The position numbers were made by a program, and so were the translations under genes. DNA of 63,494 nt, filler included, from Octopus bimaculoides (lineage: Eukaryota): NCBI RefSeq assembly GCF_001194135.2. It is 4 parts of 4 records of this genome, joined end to end, with 100 filler letters (N's around TTAATTAATTAA, not from the genome) between each part and the next. Parts side by side here need not be neighbours in the genome. Positions count along the whole stretch, not along the records: positions 1 to 28,769 come from NC_068982.1; 3 more parts are not named here. One strand, given 5' to 3'. Shown one piece after another: positions 1 to 13,344 of this stretch (its first letter is position 1; the number at the start of each line of letters is the position of its first letter). The notes beneath the pieces were generated by a model. The model made no database searches and was not told where the DNA came from. It saw only the letters and a list, made by a program, of their open reading frames with translations.

Positions 1-75
<75 letters not shown>
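1..75. repeat. (AG)n microsatellite
   Basis: Read directly. Confidence 0.99.
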
Positions 76-78
<3 letters not shown>

Positions 79-1617
79 GACACCTGTATTACTGAGCTGT
101 AAACTGATACTTTATTGATCCCAAAAGTTGGCCTTGCTTAGAGAGTTAGAATGAATATCATAAACACGATATCCTACGCCCTAACGACGTCGCCAATTGG
201 TTGCCTTTTTATTTATTTCAGTGCCAATTTCCCAAGTTGGTAGACTTAACGTGAGTGGTAGAATTAATCCTTCGTCTGGTTTCACATCACCACCTGGTCA
301 TTGGATTCCTCAAGCGGAATCCGCTTTGTAGAAAATATTTGGACTAGATATCTTATTTGAAATCACCGTGTTCTTCATCCCCTTTTCCTGCTACCACTGT
401 CAGAGATCGTATAAAAAGCCATGGGTCCTGACATTTCTCTCTTGTACAAGACATTAAAAAATATTAGTCATTGAGTCATAGACTTAAAACTTTCTTCTCA
501 TTGCATAAATATTGTTAATTAATTAGATTTTCCCCCGTCACTAAATCCAGTATGATGACTTTTAACTTGATTGTTATTTTCCGTGCGGATAGCATTCCTT
601 AGTAATTTCATTCACTCATATCTTGAGTGTGAAGTGTAGATAACAACAACAATAACAACAACAACAATAATAATTAAAAGCCTTCATGCTTTCTTTTCTT
701 CAATTTCTATAATTTAATATCGATTTTTTTACGATGGTTTATAAAAATACACATTTATAAGGGAAGTGTGTAGTCCACTGAATCAATAATAGTATATATT
801 TTTATTCTCTGTCTTAGCCAAGAGCAAAAGAATATAGATATGACCTTTGAAAGCACTCACCCCACCTCGGGATTGGTTAAATTGATGTGGTTTATATTGA
901 TTTCACATTATATGTAAGGTAAAACCGACCCCAGGCCGCAACAAAATACTGTAAGATATTTAATGATATTCCGTTTCACCATTCTACCATTCAACTATCC
1001 TTTCTAAGTCTGTAGAGATTTTGACCGTTGATGACACTTCTGGAGTAAAGGTATAGTCAATCAAATAGTACATTTAGTCTTTCCTTGGTGTTCTGATTTC
1101 AATTTCTCCCAGGGTCGACTTTGGGTTTCATGTCTTAAATGACAAAAAAAAAAAAAAAATGTAATAGTAATTTCCATTGTCTTCTTAAAAGCAATTAGCT
1201 TTATTGAGTGAAAAATTTATATTGTCACATAATTAGTGCAAAAGTAGGTTGTGTGTCTCTGCAAGTTGGTTATGTGTCTGGTACAAAGGAGACATTTTCA
1301 CGTCAATATTTCTCTGTTTAAAATAACTATAATATCAGAGAAGTTAATTTGAAACCATGTTTTAATGTATATATGAAGAAAGTGCTCCAGTCGATACCTC
1401 TTCCCTTTAAAATATAATTGAAGATTTTTGTAATGTTTTAATTATCCACAAACGGATCCTACAGGATAGTGTAGGCCAGGTATTCTAAGTGGAAAGTTAA
1501 TTTTTGAAAGTAACTCTGTTGATATACAGTGAGTCTTTTAACCCATTCTTCCGCAAGGGATCCATTGAAGATATCGTCTTTATATAGTATATCCTGAATA
1601 AATCATTCTTGTAAAGC

Positions 1618-1622
<5 letters not shown>

Positions 1623-1701
<79 letters not shown>
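1623..1701. repeat. (CT)n microsatellite
   Basis: Read directly; source of the spurious ERER ORF. Confidence 0.99.
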
Positions 1702-1704
<3 letters not shown>

Positions 1705-2359
1705 AGTGACACCCGCATGAGAGTTTTAAGCTTTGAAAACGAAGCATTTATTAATGACTTAATGTTGTCAACGTTTACTGAGACAAATTGTTTTGCTACG
1801 TGGTGCACACATATCTATGTGGGCTGGGTCATTTGAGAGTTAAGCGTTCTTTCGGTTTGTGGTCTGGTAGTCTATCCAGGGATAGACTAGAAAACCATTC
1901 TAAATTCCTGACAGCAAGTTTCGTTTCTCTGCTTTAAAATTTGGAACCCCACACTGGTCAACTTTGCCTTCTATGTCACTAACATGAAAAACGTAACAGT
2001 AATATCATTCAGTCAACCACACCACAACAGATATGCAGACGTGTCTTTGAAAAAGGTGTCCAGCATGACTTTTAACTGTGATGGCTACAATAAAGAAAAG
2101 AACACAGTCAAAAGAAGTCAACATAAGTTATATTTATGATAATTCATTATTCCTTCAATGTTCACAATTTGCAAGACTGGAAGCTCGAAGTTCGGAGCGT
2201 TCAATAAATATTGTCTTCTATGACTGAAGAGGAAGCGACAGATGTAGTTTTTAAGTGACTTTAGAACAGCAATGGTAGCGATCATTGTAACACTATAAAT
2301 ATACTTTGTAAAACAAAATAACCAAAGTAAAACAGAGAGGAGATAGAGCAATATGAGAG

Positions 2360-2518
2360 ATGGAGAGAGAGAGAGAGAGAGGGCGAGAGAGAGAGCGAGA
2401 GAGAGTGCGAGAGAGAGAGAGAGAGGGCGAGAGAGAGGGCGAGAGAGAGGGCGAGAGAGAGGGCGAGAGAGAGAGAGTGCAAGAGAGCGAGAGAGGGCAA
2501 GAGAGAGAGAGGGGGCGG

Positions 2519-2547
<29 letters not shown>
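2360..2547. repeat. (GA)n with a higher-order 12-bp unit (GAGAGAGAGGGC)
   Basis: GGGC interruptions every 12 bp at about 2415-2470. Confidence 0.9.
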
Positions 2548-2549
<2 letters not shown>

Positions 2550-5500
2550 CTTATACGTAAAATGAAAGGCAATGACAAATATATTACATATTTCGGATTT
2601 ATGGGAACTGGTAAAAATGTCATTGTAATTTGTCAATTCGGTTATAAGATGCACGGAGAAGATTGAAAGAAAATATTTATATAAGGGAAAAATATTTCAT
2701 TTGACGAAGCAAAATAGGTAATTGTAAAAACTGCTCCGTGAGGTATTATTTAGATAAATATATCGTAGTCTATCTAGGAAACCGTCTACATGTGAAGCAT
2801 TTCAGAAACGTTGAAGCAATAAAGGTTTTTAAAATCTTTCTCCAAATTTATGTGAATATTCATATTATTATTTATGTGAACAGATGGCTGTTGAAAGAAA
2901 TGTTTCAAGTTCGTTTGGAGAATTGTATTATCAGATGACAATATATAGGTGTGCGCGTGCGTGCGCGTGCGTGCGCGTGCATGCGCGCGTATGTATGTAA
3001 ATACACACACACTCATATATCAGTGTTATTTTGACAATGATATTTTGTGAGAGATGTATCATAATTTATGTTGTCTTCCTTTTTTATTGTTCACAGAAAA
3101 CATTCACAAATGAAGAAGAATGATGATCTATGAGGGAATGCCGTGATAATAAACCAAAGCTTTGGCCGATAAAACAGTTTTGAAAGTAAGATCTTGGATT
3201 GATATAAACGAAAAAAAAAAAGATGATGGAGGGAAGAAAAACATGAAAGCGTCCATCGTAATTGAATAAATAAAGGTTTTGCATCTTGAAGATCGGTTAG
3301 ACATTATTTAAGAGCATAATGGAACAGAAGTATCACTCTGACCAACCGGTTAACAGCAAACGAACTAACCATTAATTAACCGAAATGTAATTTCTTGTTT
3401 CAAGGTTTCAATCTCAGCTAAGCAACAGACCGCAGTTACTGGAGCTAGTAAAAGAATAATAAAAAGAAATTGTTTTTAACGTTTAAGCATTGTTTTCAAT
3501 ACCAACAGTATCTCAGTGAATGAATAATCTTGTTTTAGTTTGACTTTCCACATAAGTTTTCACTATGCGTTTATTATTACTATTTCACTTTTCATATGTT
3601 CTTATATTTATTTTATATTGAGTTTATGGTTTGTGTATGAAAGTTATGGTCTATATAAGCGAGTGCCATAGAATATGGACGCTTGATTTCAGTTTGAAGC
3701 CATTTTGCTTCACTTGCACTGCTAAAGGCTTACGGAAAACATCAAAGATAGAGTACTCCCACTAGCATCACCTTATGCCGTGCTAAATCAATACTAAATA
3801 TATATCTGTGAAGAATATGACACACACAATGGAGATAACAATGTTTAGCTATGGAGAGTATTATGAATTCCCGAGATTTGTAACCTTTTGCGAAATCAAA
3901 GAAATTGATATACAATAATTATCAAATATTAAGTTAATTGATGATTAATCTAGAATTTGTATGTACTTAAAAAGTGATTATACACAGATAAAAGAATGTA
4001 TAATAAGATAGAATAAAATGTATAAGGTAGGACTATAAACATATAATACAAGCATATAATTAAATATGAATATACCTAGGGAAGAATCATTGCGTTCCTA
4101 GCAGCAGCAGCAGCAGCAGGTGTACCACCACCACCACCACCATCACCATCATCATGACGACGACGACAACGAAGCTATTTCATAATGTTTCTCGTTTAGC
4201 GACTTTATATACTTTCTATGACGCATAACTTCTACGCTTTTCCTCACAGTTTGTTGGAGGAGACAACAGGTATATTACTATGGAGAATGTTGCAGCTCAG
4301 GATATCTGTAAAGTGAAGACATGACTGGTAAGCTTAGTGTAGTTGATGTCACCTCTATCCCAACCAATTAGGATATCGTTTGGCAATCAATCATTACACA
4401 TTAAAGAATAGAAACTTTTTGCCCAGTTTTAGCTGCAACTACTTAGATCGTGTGCACGTGTTTGGGTGTTTTCATCAATATACGCATCTCAGAATCAGAG
4501 ATTTAAAACTCGAGATAAAACTTGGAATCTTCTGTTCAGCGATGGTGTAGAGTGTTTCAAGATTTGCAGCTTCTCAATTGTACATAATTTAAAACTAGTT
4601 GTGTCTTGGCAAGGTTAGCCTTGTTAGTATGTGGGATAGCTCTGTCCACAATATCAAATAATAGAGGAACGCTCAGTTCCGCGTTTCCTTTTCAAACTAA
4701 TCGTCTCAAAAGTGAAGTTTTGTTTGTCCCGCGACCTAAATACGAGTATATATTAGTTATACTGGTTTTTAAGGGTATTACTATGAATTATGTGTAACTC
4801 TTATCCATACAATCTGCAGATGTCATAGTTGCTCTACAGGGAATACATTCTCTACTTTGAATAATTTCTGCAGTTACCATTAGTTGTTACGATAGGAGTA
4901 TCAGGATGTATGTCAAAAATTATTGTGTGAACTCTTGGAAGTATGTTGTCCAGAGAAGAAAAGCTACATTACTCGCACGGAAAAGTTTGTGGAAATAGAA
5001 TCTAACAGAATCTAACAGTAGTCTTCGTCCCACAGAGCCGACTGGTTTCATGCAACTAAAGAACTTTAAACCCAATGATACTACAATTCAAGGATGCTTT
5101 ATATGAGTACTGCTACAAATTAGAAACATACACGAGGGTTAATGTAAATAGGAGTACTAACAATAAGTGATGTGATAATGAGCAATAAAAATTAATATAT
5201 TATTAACCAGGAGTCTGTATATTAGATGTATTATACTTAAGTAGTAATGAACATTTAGCATGGGTAAATAGATTACGGAAGTGTTTTCCCTAAAAAAAAA
5301 AACCCCCAAAACTACCGATATTTTTATCAATAACGTACCATTGCTAAGAGATCATCCTGTAAAAAGATTACTACCTCATCGATATATTCTTGTTATATAG
5401 CTTTGTTATCCAATCAGAGAGTTTTCTCCTTTCTGCTTGTAATTTTAAATCAAGCTGTTCTGGCGTGACTTCCATTTGTTAAAATTTGATCGTGAATGGT

Positions 5501-7017
5501 AGAGTAATCTGAATTGTTGTTTGTGAACAGGTTTCACATTTAATTTAAAAAAAAATCATCTTTTAGGAAGTTAATGCTGTTTCTAGTAAGTAAAATGTTA
5601 CCCTTTCGTTTGAAGTTTCGTAACTGTAAAACAGACTACGATCTCATAATGTTTCATTACGCATTTGAGTTATACACTTTATTCAAAGTCTCCTTAGATA
5701 TCAGAATAGATAGACGGGTCCTACTCAACTATATGATTTATATCTTATTAGCTTAGATCAATGAAAACAACCTAAAAAACAAAATATGTTCTATATTCCC
5801 AGTTAAAAGTAACACGCAGAACTGACAGAGCTTTGTAATATGAAAATAAACTTTTTTGAAATCTCAATACTGACTTTATAAAGTTAAGTTATATAGATAC
5901 ACCTCTATAACTGCTCTATATTGTTGTGATGTGATACCACATTATACTGCAATATATATTTATCAATTACTTTTCTTATTAGAGGATGAAAATTATACTA
6001 TACGCTGAGTATTTTAGATTTGAAAATGTAAATTATTACAATATTGCTGTGTAGAAAGCAAGCTCTTGATATAAATGGAACGATACCTCAGCTTTTAATG
6101 ACTATCTTTTTAAATAATTACCATAACAATTTCGGTTATACTGTAGATTCGTCTACAATCATATTTCTCTTTTTACTTAGTGGATATTCGTTCGGTTGTT
6201 GCTAACCGGTATGCTGTGTAACTACAGAATTGACTCTGTGCTGAACATCCTTGCACCGACGACAACAAAATGTTTGTAAGAATGCCGATTTATATTTCTC
6301 CGACATTATATTATACAGGATTGGGTTGATAGCCGAATGGGAAAAATACAGGATCCCTGTAGTAGAAGAAAAAAGATTTTTGAATTAATAACTAATTAAC
6401 AAGTAAATAATATAAAGAAAAGGAAATAAATATTTTGAGACAAAGAAATAAATAAAAAGTTTGAAAAAACTGGCCCTTGACATATATATACACAAAGGAA
6501 TTCTTAGTTACTGTTAAATTTCTTGGAGAAAATATTAATTCTTAAAATTGTAAAGATCTAAACTCAACATTAATCGATTCTAGTAATTTTTTTGTACTTA
6601 TTTTATCAACTTCGGAAGGACAAAGTTAAAAATCAGCCAGGCAAGATTTGCATTCATAAGGAGAAACGTAATTAATTAGTGAAACTACTTATGCTGCTCA
6701 AGGTTATTCGTCACCCAAAAATCTTAGACTGAAATATTGATTTATTACATTAAAGGAATATCACAGTCAGTTTAAATGACTGCTATTTGCCATTTTATAG
6801 TTATGGACTAGGACTAATGAAAGACAAAAAGGTAATCTCGGTGGGATTTGAACTCGGAACTTAAAGAAGTATAGCCAAACATTGCAAAAGATTTTAAATG
6901 CCGATCCAATGGTTGTATTATTCACTGTCCTCTCTATGGATTCATGACATTAACACAAATCATAAATTTGAGACAGAGGAAGGCTTGCTTGCACTGATTC
7001 TGATATTAACTGCCACC

Positions 7018-7225
7018 AAGGAGGTGAGCTGGCAGAATCGTTAGTACGCCAGGCAAAATGTTTAGCAGCATTTAGCCTGTCTTTATGTTCCGGGTTCAAA
7101 TTCCACTGGGGTCGATTTTACCTTTCATCCTTTCGGGGTCAATAAAGTAAGTTGCGTACTGGGGTCGATGTAATCGATTTAGCACTCACCCGAAATTGCT
7201 GGCCTTGTGCCAAAATTTGAAACCA
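7018..7225 (+). mobile_element. SINE family A (tRNA-like head GGCGGTGAGCTGGCAGAA..GTTCAAATTCC)
   Basis: Full-length copy with a perfect 15-bp TSD ATATTAACTGCCACC at 7003-7017 and 7226-7240. A-box/B-box-like motifs. Confidence 0.92.
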
Positions 7226-7388
7226 ATATTAACTGCCACCTATTTTATTTATCTAAAGAAAAAAAATATAGGTTAACGTTGATAAGATTTGAACTCAGAA
7301 CGATGACAGATGGAACAAAATAAGGCAAAGCACATTTTTTCCAGCGATGGAGCGTGTTTGCAATCCACTCATTTTTCTAAATGCAAGT

Positions 7389-7783
7389 ATTCTTTTCTAC
7401 TCTAGGGAACAAGGCCCGAAAGTTTTGGGAGAGGGGTCCAGTCGATTAGATCGACCCCAGTACGAAAGGATGAAAAGCAAAATCGACCCCGACGGAATTC
7501 GAACTCAGAACGTAAAGACAGACGAAATACCGCTAAGCATTTCGCTTGGTGTGCTAACGTTTCTTATTTCTTTACTGCCCACAAGGGGCTACACACAGAG
7601 GGGACAAAGAAAGACAGACAAATGGATTAAGTCGATTATATCGACCCCAGTGCGTAACTGGTACTTATTTAATCGACCCCGAAAGGATGAAAGGCAAAGT
7701 CTTTGAACTCAGAACGTAGCGGCAGACAAAATACCGCTGAAAATTTCGCCTGGCGTGCTAACGTTTCTGCCAGCTCGCCACCT
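7389..7783 (-). mobile_element. SINE A dimer (head-to-tail)
   Basis: A full copy at 7561-7783 is followed (element sense) by a second copy starting at AAACGTTAGCAC that lacks the first ~16 nt. Confidence 0.9.
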
Positions 7784-8399
7784 TTCTAGCTGCAAATATT
7801 GAACACTAATCTCAAGACTAAAAGTATTATTTTTGACACTAATATTCAAAAATAACTGCGAGCAAATCCTGAAACGTTTTAGATAAAAACATTTTTATCT
7901 CGAAGATATCTAATATCATTGACATTGTTGGAAAATAATGCTTTAATTTGCCATCCGAGTCATAAGCTGTAGTTTACTCATTCTTATCCTTCACTAAACG
8001 TTTATTTTACGTTACAACCATGCTATATTCTACGATAAAGTACGAGATACGATATGCTGAGAAACGCTTACTTCCTATCCCCACTCAGTGTCCATATTTG
8101 ATTGAATACGACACCTCCTGCTGATAAGTAAATTTTTTACTCTTTCCTGAGATATAAAAAAACCATATTCTAGTTCTAAACCAACTCTACTGTTCAGGTT
8201 ATATTCTATTCTACAGTTCATCTTTTTTCTAAAACGTGGCGCCTGTACTTACGTAAAACCCACTTTCTCTACTACCCATCTAGACATAGCAATAAAGATA
8301 TCCTGTTACTTAGGCTCTAACTATTTTCTTTTCGTTACACTAGTTAACTTTGCTCTCTCCACCATTTTTCAGATTCTCAAATCATCATTAGGTACCCGA

Positions 8400-9840
8400 T
8401 TATCACATGTTCGGTAATGAATACATCTAACCCAACTCATTTCTTTCCGAAAGTATATCATGCTCGGAGACATCAATGCGTTCGTGTTCCTTCCTCAGCA
8501 ACATTGCTGGAGAAGAGGCCGAACGTTTGTTATTTTAAACTACCTGTGCTTGTGAACCTATTCAATAACTCGTATCCTTGTCTGATATACTTAGTTTGTA
8601 AATACTCTTAATCTCTTCCTCACTCTTTAACTCCAACATTTAACCTGTTCCTAAAGGATCATCTGATCATTGTCTTAGCAAAATAATCCAGGTTGCATAA
8701 GTCAATCGTATAACAAACTCAATCTCCGAACATTCACCAACTCAGCTCCACCAATTCTACCAGGACTATTTTTGGCAGTAAATCTTCCTCTCGAGTCATT
8801 TGAGACAGATAAACAAAGGACTGATACCATCCATATTTTCATGTCTCTCTTCAATGTTCGCATGGCCTAAATCAACAAGCGACATCCTCTATGGTTGACT
8901 TGCATATACTATGTAGTGGTACAGACGAAGAGTACTGCCAAGTAAACTTAGTGAAAATAAAACCGTCAATAACTCGGAAGCGTTTACTAATATTTTCAAT
9001 GTTTTGGAGGCCGCCATCAGGGAAGCAAAGGGTGTCTTCTTGGATGCACGAACTATAAACCCTTTCGAAACCTAACAACATTGGTAAATCATCTTTAGCC
9101 ACCCTCTTGTGAGTAGTACTCATTGCAGACAAGACAATGATATTCGTTACCGTTTTTGTTTTCAATTGTACACTGCATACACAAAACAAAACTGCTTATG
9201 AACCTTCCTCCTTAAATTTATCTTTCTCCTCATTGCAAATAAGCAGGCTCCCCAATGCACAAAACTTTCCGTTTACTATGATGACACAAGGTGACTAGTC
9301 CTTCGAATTATACATTGCGCTCCTCAATCCTTACCAAACTTCAACCTTCCTCTCTTTACCAGGAACAAATCGTATTGCATAAAAACATCATACAATTTCT
9401 CAACTACGGCCCATTGCCTCTTATTCCAGTATCTCAAAGAGTGATAGAAACATATATAAATCACCAGCTTTATCTCTTCCAGTGTTTCTCTCTTTTATAT
9501 GTGAAAATTGTGTGGCCTTCATTGAACCAAATCTATCAAAGACTTTCTCTTCTACTTCATAAAATAGCAATCTTTCGTAATTCAAAAGGTCGATGAAAAT
9601 AATGCTATTGCCATTAGCATCAATGTATTCCACACTCATATTATCTCCTAACACCCGTCATTCTCCCCAAGCTTAAAAGACACGCATCCTCTACATGCAA
9701 TCTAAACATCTCTTCGCACGAACTGAAACTCGCATGAACAGTAACTTCATGTCGTTTTCCAATGAGAACATAACATCATAATATCATTCAAAAGCATCTA
9801 TTCCACAAACATATAAAGGAAACAGTCTTGTACAACACAC
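8400..9840 (-). pseudogene. Decayed reading frame, possibly a LINE ORF1 (weak RRM-like and SGNH-esterase-like segments)
   Basis: ORFs 9421-9654 and 8872-9189 are in the same frame. EEKVFDRFGSMK...IKERNTGRDK resembles an RRM core. MLLGFER...LCFPDGGLQNI resembles SGNH blocks I and II. Resemblance is by eye only. Confidence 0.3.
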
Positions 9841-11114
9841 ACCTAATCTACACGTGAACAATACTTAAATAAAGCGTCCAAATTATTACTATAGTTCCCA
9901 GCTTTCGCAATGTCAGACATCATGTGAAACCGTTTGGTCTCACATCATGACTTATACATAGATAACATAACCAAAGCTACATACCAATGGTTAAGTCTCT
10001 TCTACAAAACCAGAAAATATGAAAAGCCTGATCAACTACTAACTATCTATTAAACTTTAGCACGGTTTCTAAAAACTTAAATATCAGTACAATAAAACAA
10101 AACAAAAGAATATATAAATGAAGTCAATGGTCTGTTAATTTTAAACTAACTACTTGATAATGTTCTTTACCATCTCTTACTTCTCAAAATTTCTTCTTTT
10201 ATATAAAAGGAAACAAATAATTTTCTCAATTTATTTCGCTCTATGGTAAAAATAATTGATATGCTGTCTGAAAAGAGAGCTACTTACCCGATATATAAAA
10301 TAAATGTAAATGTATTTGTAATAAAGGTGGCGTCCAATTATTGACATAAAGTGTGAGAAGACGCTGGATGTGGAATGGAGCCCAACAAAAGAAAAAGGCA
10401 ACTACGACAGCAACTGAAATAAACATAAAACTCTTTTAATATTTTCCTTCGTATGGTATATTTCAAAAGAGAAAAACATTGTAGATGCTTTGTTCGGTTG
10501 CAATAGTAGTTAATGCATTTTTAATAGTTTGTTTAATACGAATCACAAGCAAAATATCGTAAAAGCTTTGCTGTCGAATGTGTCAATTATATTAGAAGTA
10601 AAAGAAAAGTTGGCAAGCATATTACATCATCTAATGAATGATCAAAATATAAACAGTGAGCTGCGAACATTGTAAAGTAAAGATGGGCGCACTGTTTTTG
10701 GAACCTTCAGTCTACATTATAAAGAAACGAAATAAAATGATAGAAATTTAATGATATTTGAGAGTTATCTCGACATAACAATGCTTGCCGAGCTGAGTGA
10801 CATTATTGTCTCTTTTTATCAGGTCAAGTCATATTTTGTCGTCATTGTTTATACCCGGTGATTAAAAATAATTTCTGCTGTAGCTATCTTAATTTTATAA
10901 ACGTCCTTTTCTTTTTTCCAATAGATATTTTGGAGATTTACTGGAATCAGTTCCACCGACCCCTGTAAAATTGTTTCTCTCTATCTGTAAAACCATGTAT
11001 GGCACATAATTTTGTCTTCTTATCTTTTTGATCTAAAATGAAGAATTTTACATGGATAATATACTATAATAATTTAATAATTACTGTTCCTTTACTCCAT
11101 GCTGAAGATACAAG

Positions 11115-12545
11115 CAAGGCCGAATTTAAACCTTGTGGAGCCCGGGGCTCTTCAAGTTTGGTGGGCCTCTCATACATAAAAATTAAAATCGATGACAAAT
11201 CACCAAATTTCACGTAATTCAAATTACAAGTTAACATAAATAGTTTAAATGCGTCCGTTATTTCAAAATTAAGTACAGCATGTTTTATCTCTTTACTTTT
11301 ATATACTAACTGCTACAATACCAACGAAAAGTCTTTCTTTCTACACTTGGCATCTGGAAAATCATTAAAAGATTTTTTCAAACTATATCGTCTTTAGAAT
11401 AGCTCTCTACCTTCAAAAAGCCCAGGGAACTTAGTCTTTTGTGGGTCATCGTGGTTTTTAGATAAATTCTCTCCTGAACAACTAGTGGCCATCAAGTTCA
11501 AATGTATTCTATGAGTTACAACAACACTTGGAAAGGTACCAGCAAGCTCTTCATCATGGATTAAAAGTGCCTGTTGAGCTGGAGTGAGACATCACCTGAG
11601 CCTACAAAAGTATGCAAACTATAATTTCTTGTGCGAACTCATTATCTAAATCACAGTGAAAAGCAGTGATGAATTTCTCAGCTTCACCTCTTATCCTTGC
11701 ATGACTATGAATATGAAACTGTCATGCACTGCTTGATAGGCTACCCTGCGTTCTTGTAAGGCAACAAACAACTAAAATGACATTGAAAGTCCTGCATCTG
11801 AATTTTTCTCTTGCAGAAAGGACAACTTCCGCTGAGGTTGATACTGGATTTGCACAATGTTTATTTCTCTTCCTTGGTATATTTGTTGTTTCCTTGTAGT
11901 TTGTGCTTCCACACGTTTCTGGCATTCATTCTAACTCTCATACCTAACCTGACCTGATTTCAGAAGGTTTGCCAAAGAATCAGTTATATTCACCACTTTA
12001 TTCACGCCAGCTTCAACTCCTTGAAAAGCTTCATGCGTACCGTTAAACCATACAACAATTAATTTTCAGGTCTTAGCCATTAGAGCAGTTTCAAGGCAAT
12101 CCTTTTTATCTGTCAATGCTTGAACTTCATATTTCGCTTCAGGTGTTTTGTTCAATGTCTCTGCGTGCATTTTTGAATGCAGTTATATGCATCAATGAGG
12201 GTTTCAGTTGCATCAACTTTTGCTGACTAACGATTGACTGACAAACATTTCAAAGCTAATAATGCTCTTTTATTTCTTTCCAAAGATTTCATTAAATTTG
12301 CCCATTTAATGGGCAAATTTACAGCGTGTCGACGCAGGAAAATCTGTGTATAACCTTTGTATGAAACCAAAACAGCTAACAGCTTCAACAGAGCAAGAAG
12401 CAGAAGCTTGCCCAACAAGATTCAACGAATGAGCAGCGCAGGAAATGAAAACTGTAGCCCAATTCTTTTCCTTAAGTCTTGCTCGCATTTCTGTGTAGTG
12501 ACCGGATATATTAGAGGTGCTGTCATAGGACTGGCCCCGTATCTT
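11115..12545 (-). mobile_element. Degenerate, 5'-truncated hAT DNA transposon (ZMYM1/Tip100-like transposase remnant)
   Basis: Minus strand reads RGQSYDSTSNISGHYTEMRARLKEKNWATVFISCAAHSLNLV (hAT xGQxYD...CxxHxLNL motif). Dimerisation-domain remnants follow: FPSVVVTHRIHLNLMATSCSGE, TMTHKRLSSLGFLKVE, NDFPDAKCRKK. Terminal sequence CAAGGCCGAATTTA at 11115 resembles a hAT CAGGGCCGGATT TIR. Multiple stops and frameshifts. Confidence 0.88.
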
Positions 12546-12634
12546 TTTTAAGAAACCTAACTGAGGTGTTCTCTGTACTTCAGCGTTGTGAGAATCCGGC
12601 TGCAGGAAAGCGAAAAACCTTTCTATCGGCGTCC

Positions 12635-12870
12635 CAGAAACAACCGTAACTCAGCGGGTCGACAAAAGAGCCCGATAGAATAAGTACCAGGCTTAAAAAA
12701 ATAGTAACGAGTCGATTAAATCTTTTAAGACAGTACCTTAGCAGGGATGTAGTCCAGTGACTGAAGTGCAAAATCGACATCGGTGGAATTTGAACTCAGA
12801 ACGTAAAGACGGACGAAATGTTGTAAAGCATTTTGTCCTGCGCAGTAACGACTTAGCCAGGTCGCCACCT
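12635..12870. mobile_element. SINE B 3' part (+) joined to SINE A head (-)
   Basis: 12635-12770 matches the family B tail (CGTAACT.AGCGG.TCG.CAAAAGAG.CCGATAGAATAAGTAC). 12772-12870 matches the family A head on the minus strand. Confidence 0.75.
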
Positions 12871-13344
12871 TAAAATGCGAAATAATAATAATTATATGCT
12901 TTCCTCCTTTATAGGAAAAATGGATGAAATAAGGCTTAATAGTATTGGATCAAGAGCGTTTCAATTCAGTAAAATTTCGGAAAAATCTTTGTTGTTTCAT
13001 TTTGTCTTTTCCAGCCGGCTGATAGGAAAAATTAACGTAAAGAACTGGAACAAATATCGCGAGACAATTTGGCCGACGCTTTAACGATTCTGCCAGTCCT
13101 CCACTCTCACCAGTCATTAATAACAAAGGTTTCTAACTTAGGCAAAAGACTCCACATTTTTGATTGAAGGAGATTTATAATATACATTTTATAATCCCGA
13201 AGATGATAAAAGGAAAAATCGACTGTCATAAAACTTGTACTCTGGATGCAAAGGACGGATCTAAACACTGCAACACTGTTTAGTCTGATGCTTTACTGTT
13301 TCTCCTGTCAACCATCTTCAGAAATCCTTATTAATACTGACACA

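Noticed and set aside
1850-1930. FGLWSG peptide as a possible claudin GLW motif
   Set aside because: Lacks the following x-x-C, has no upstream TM1, and has no convincing splice sites.
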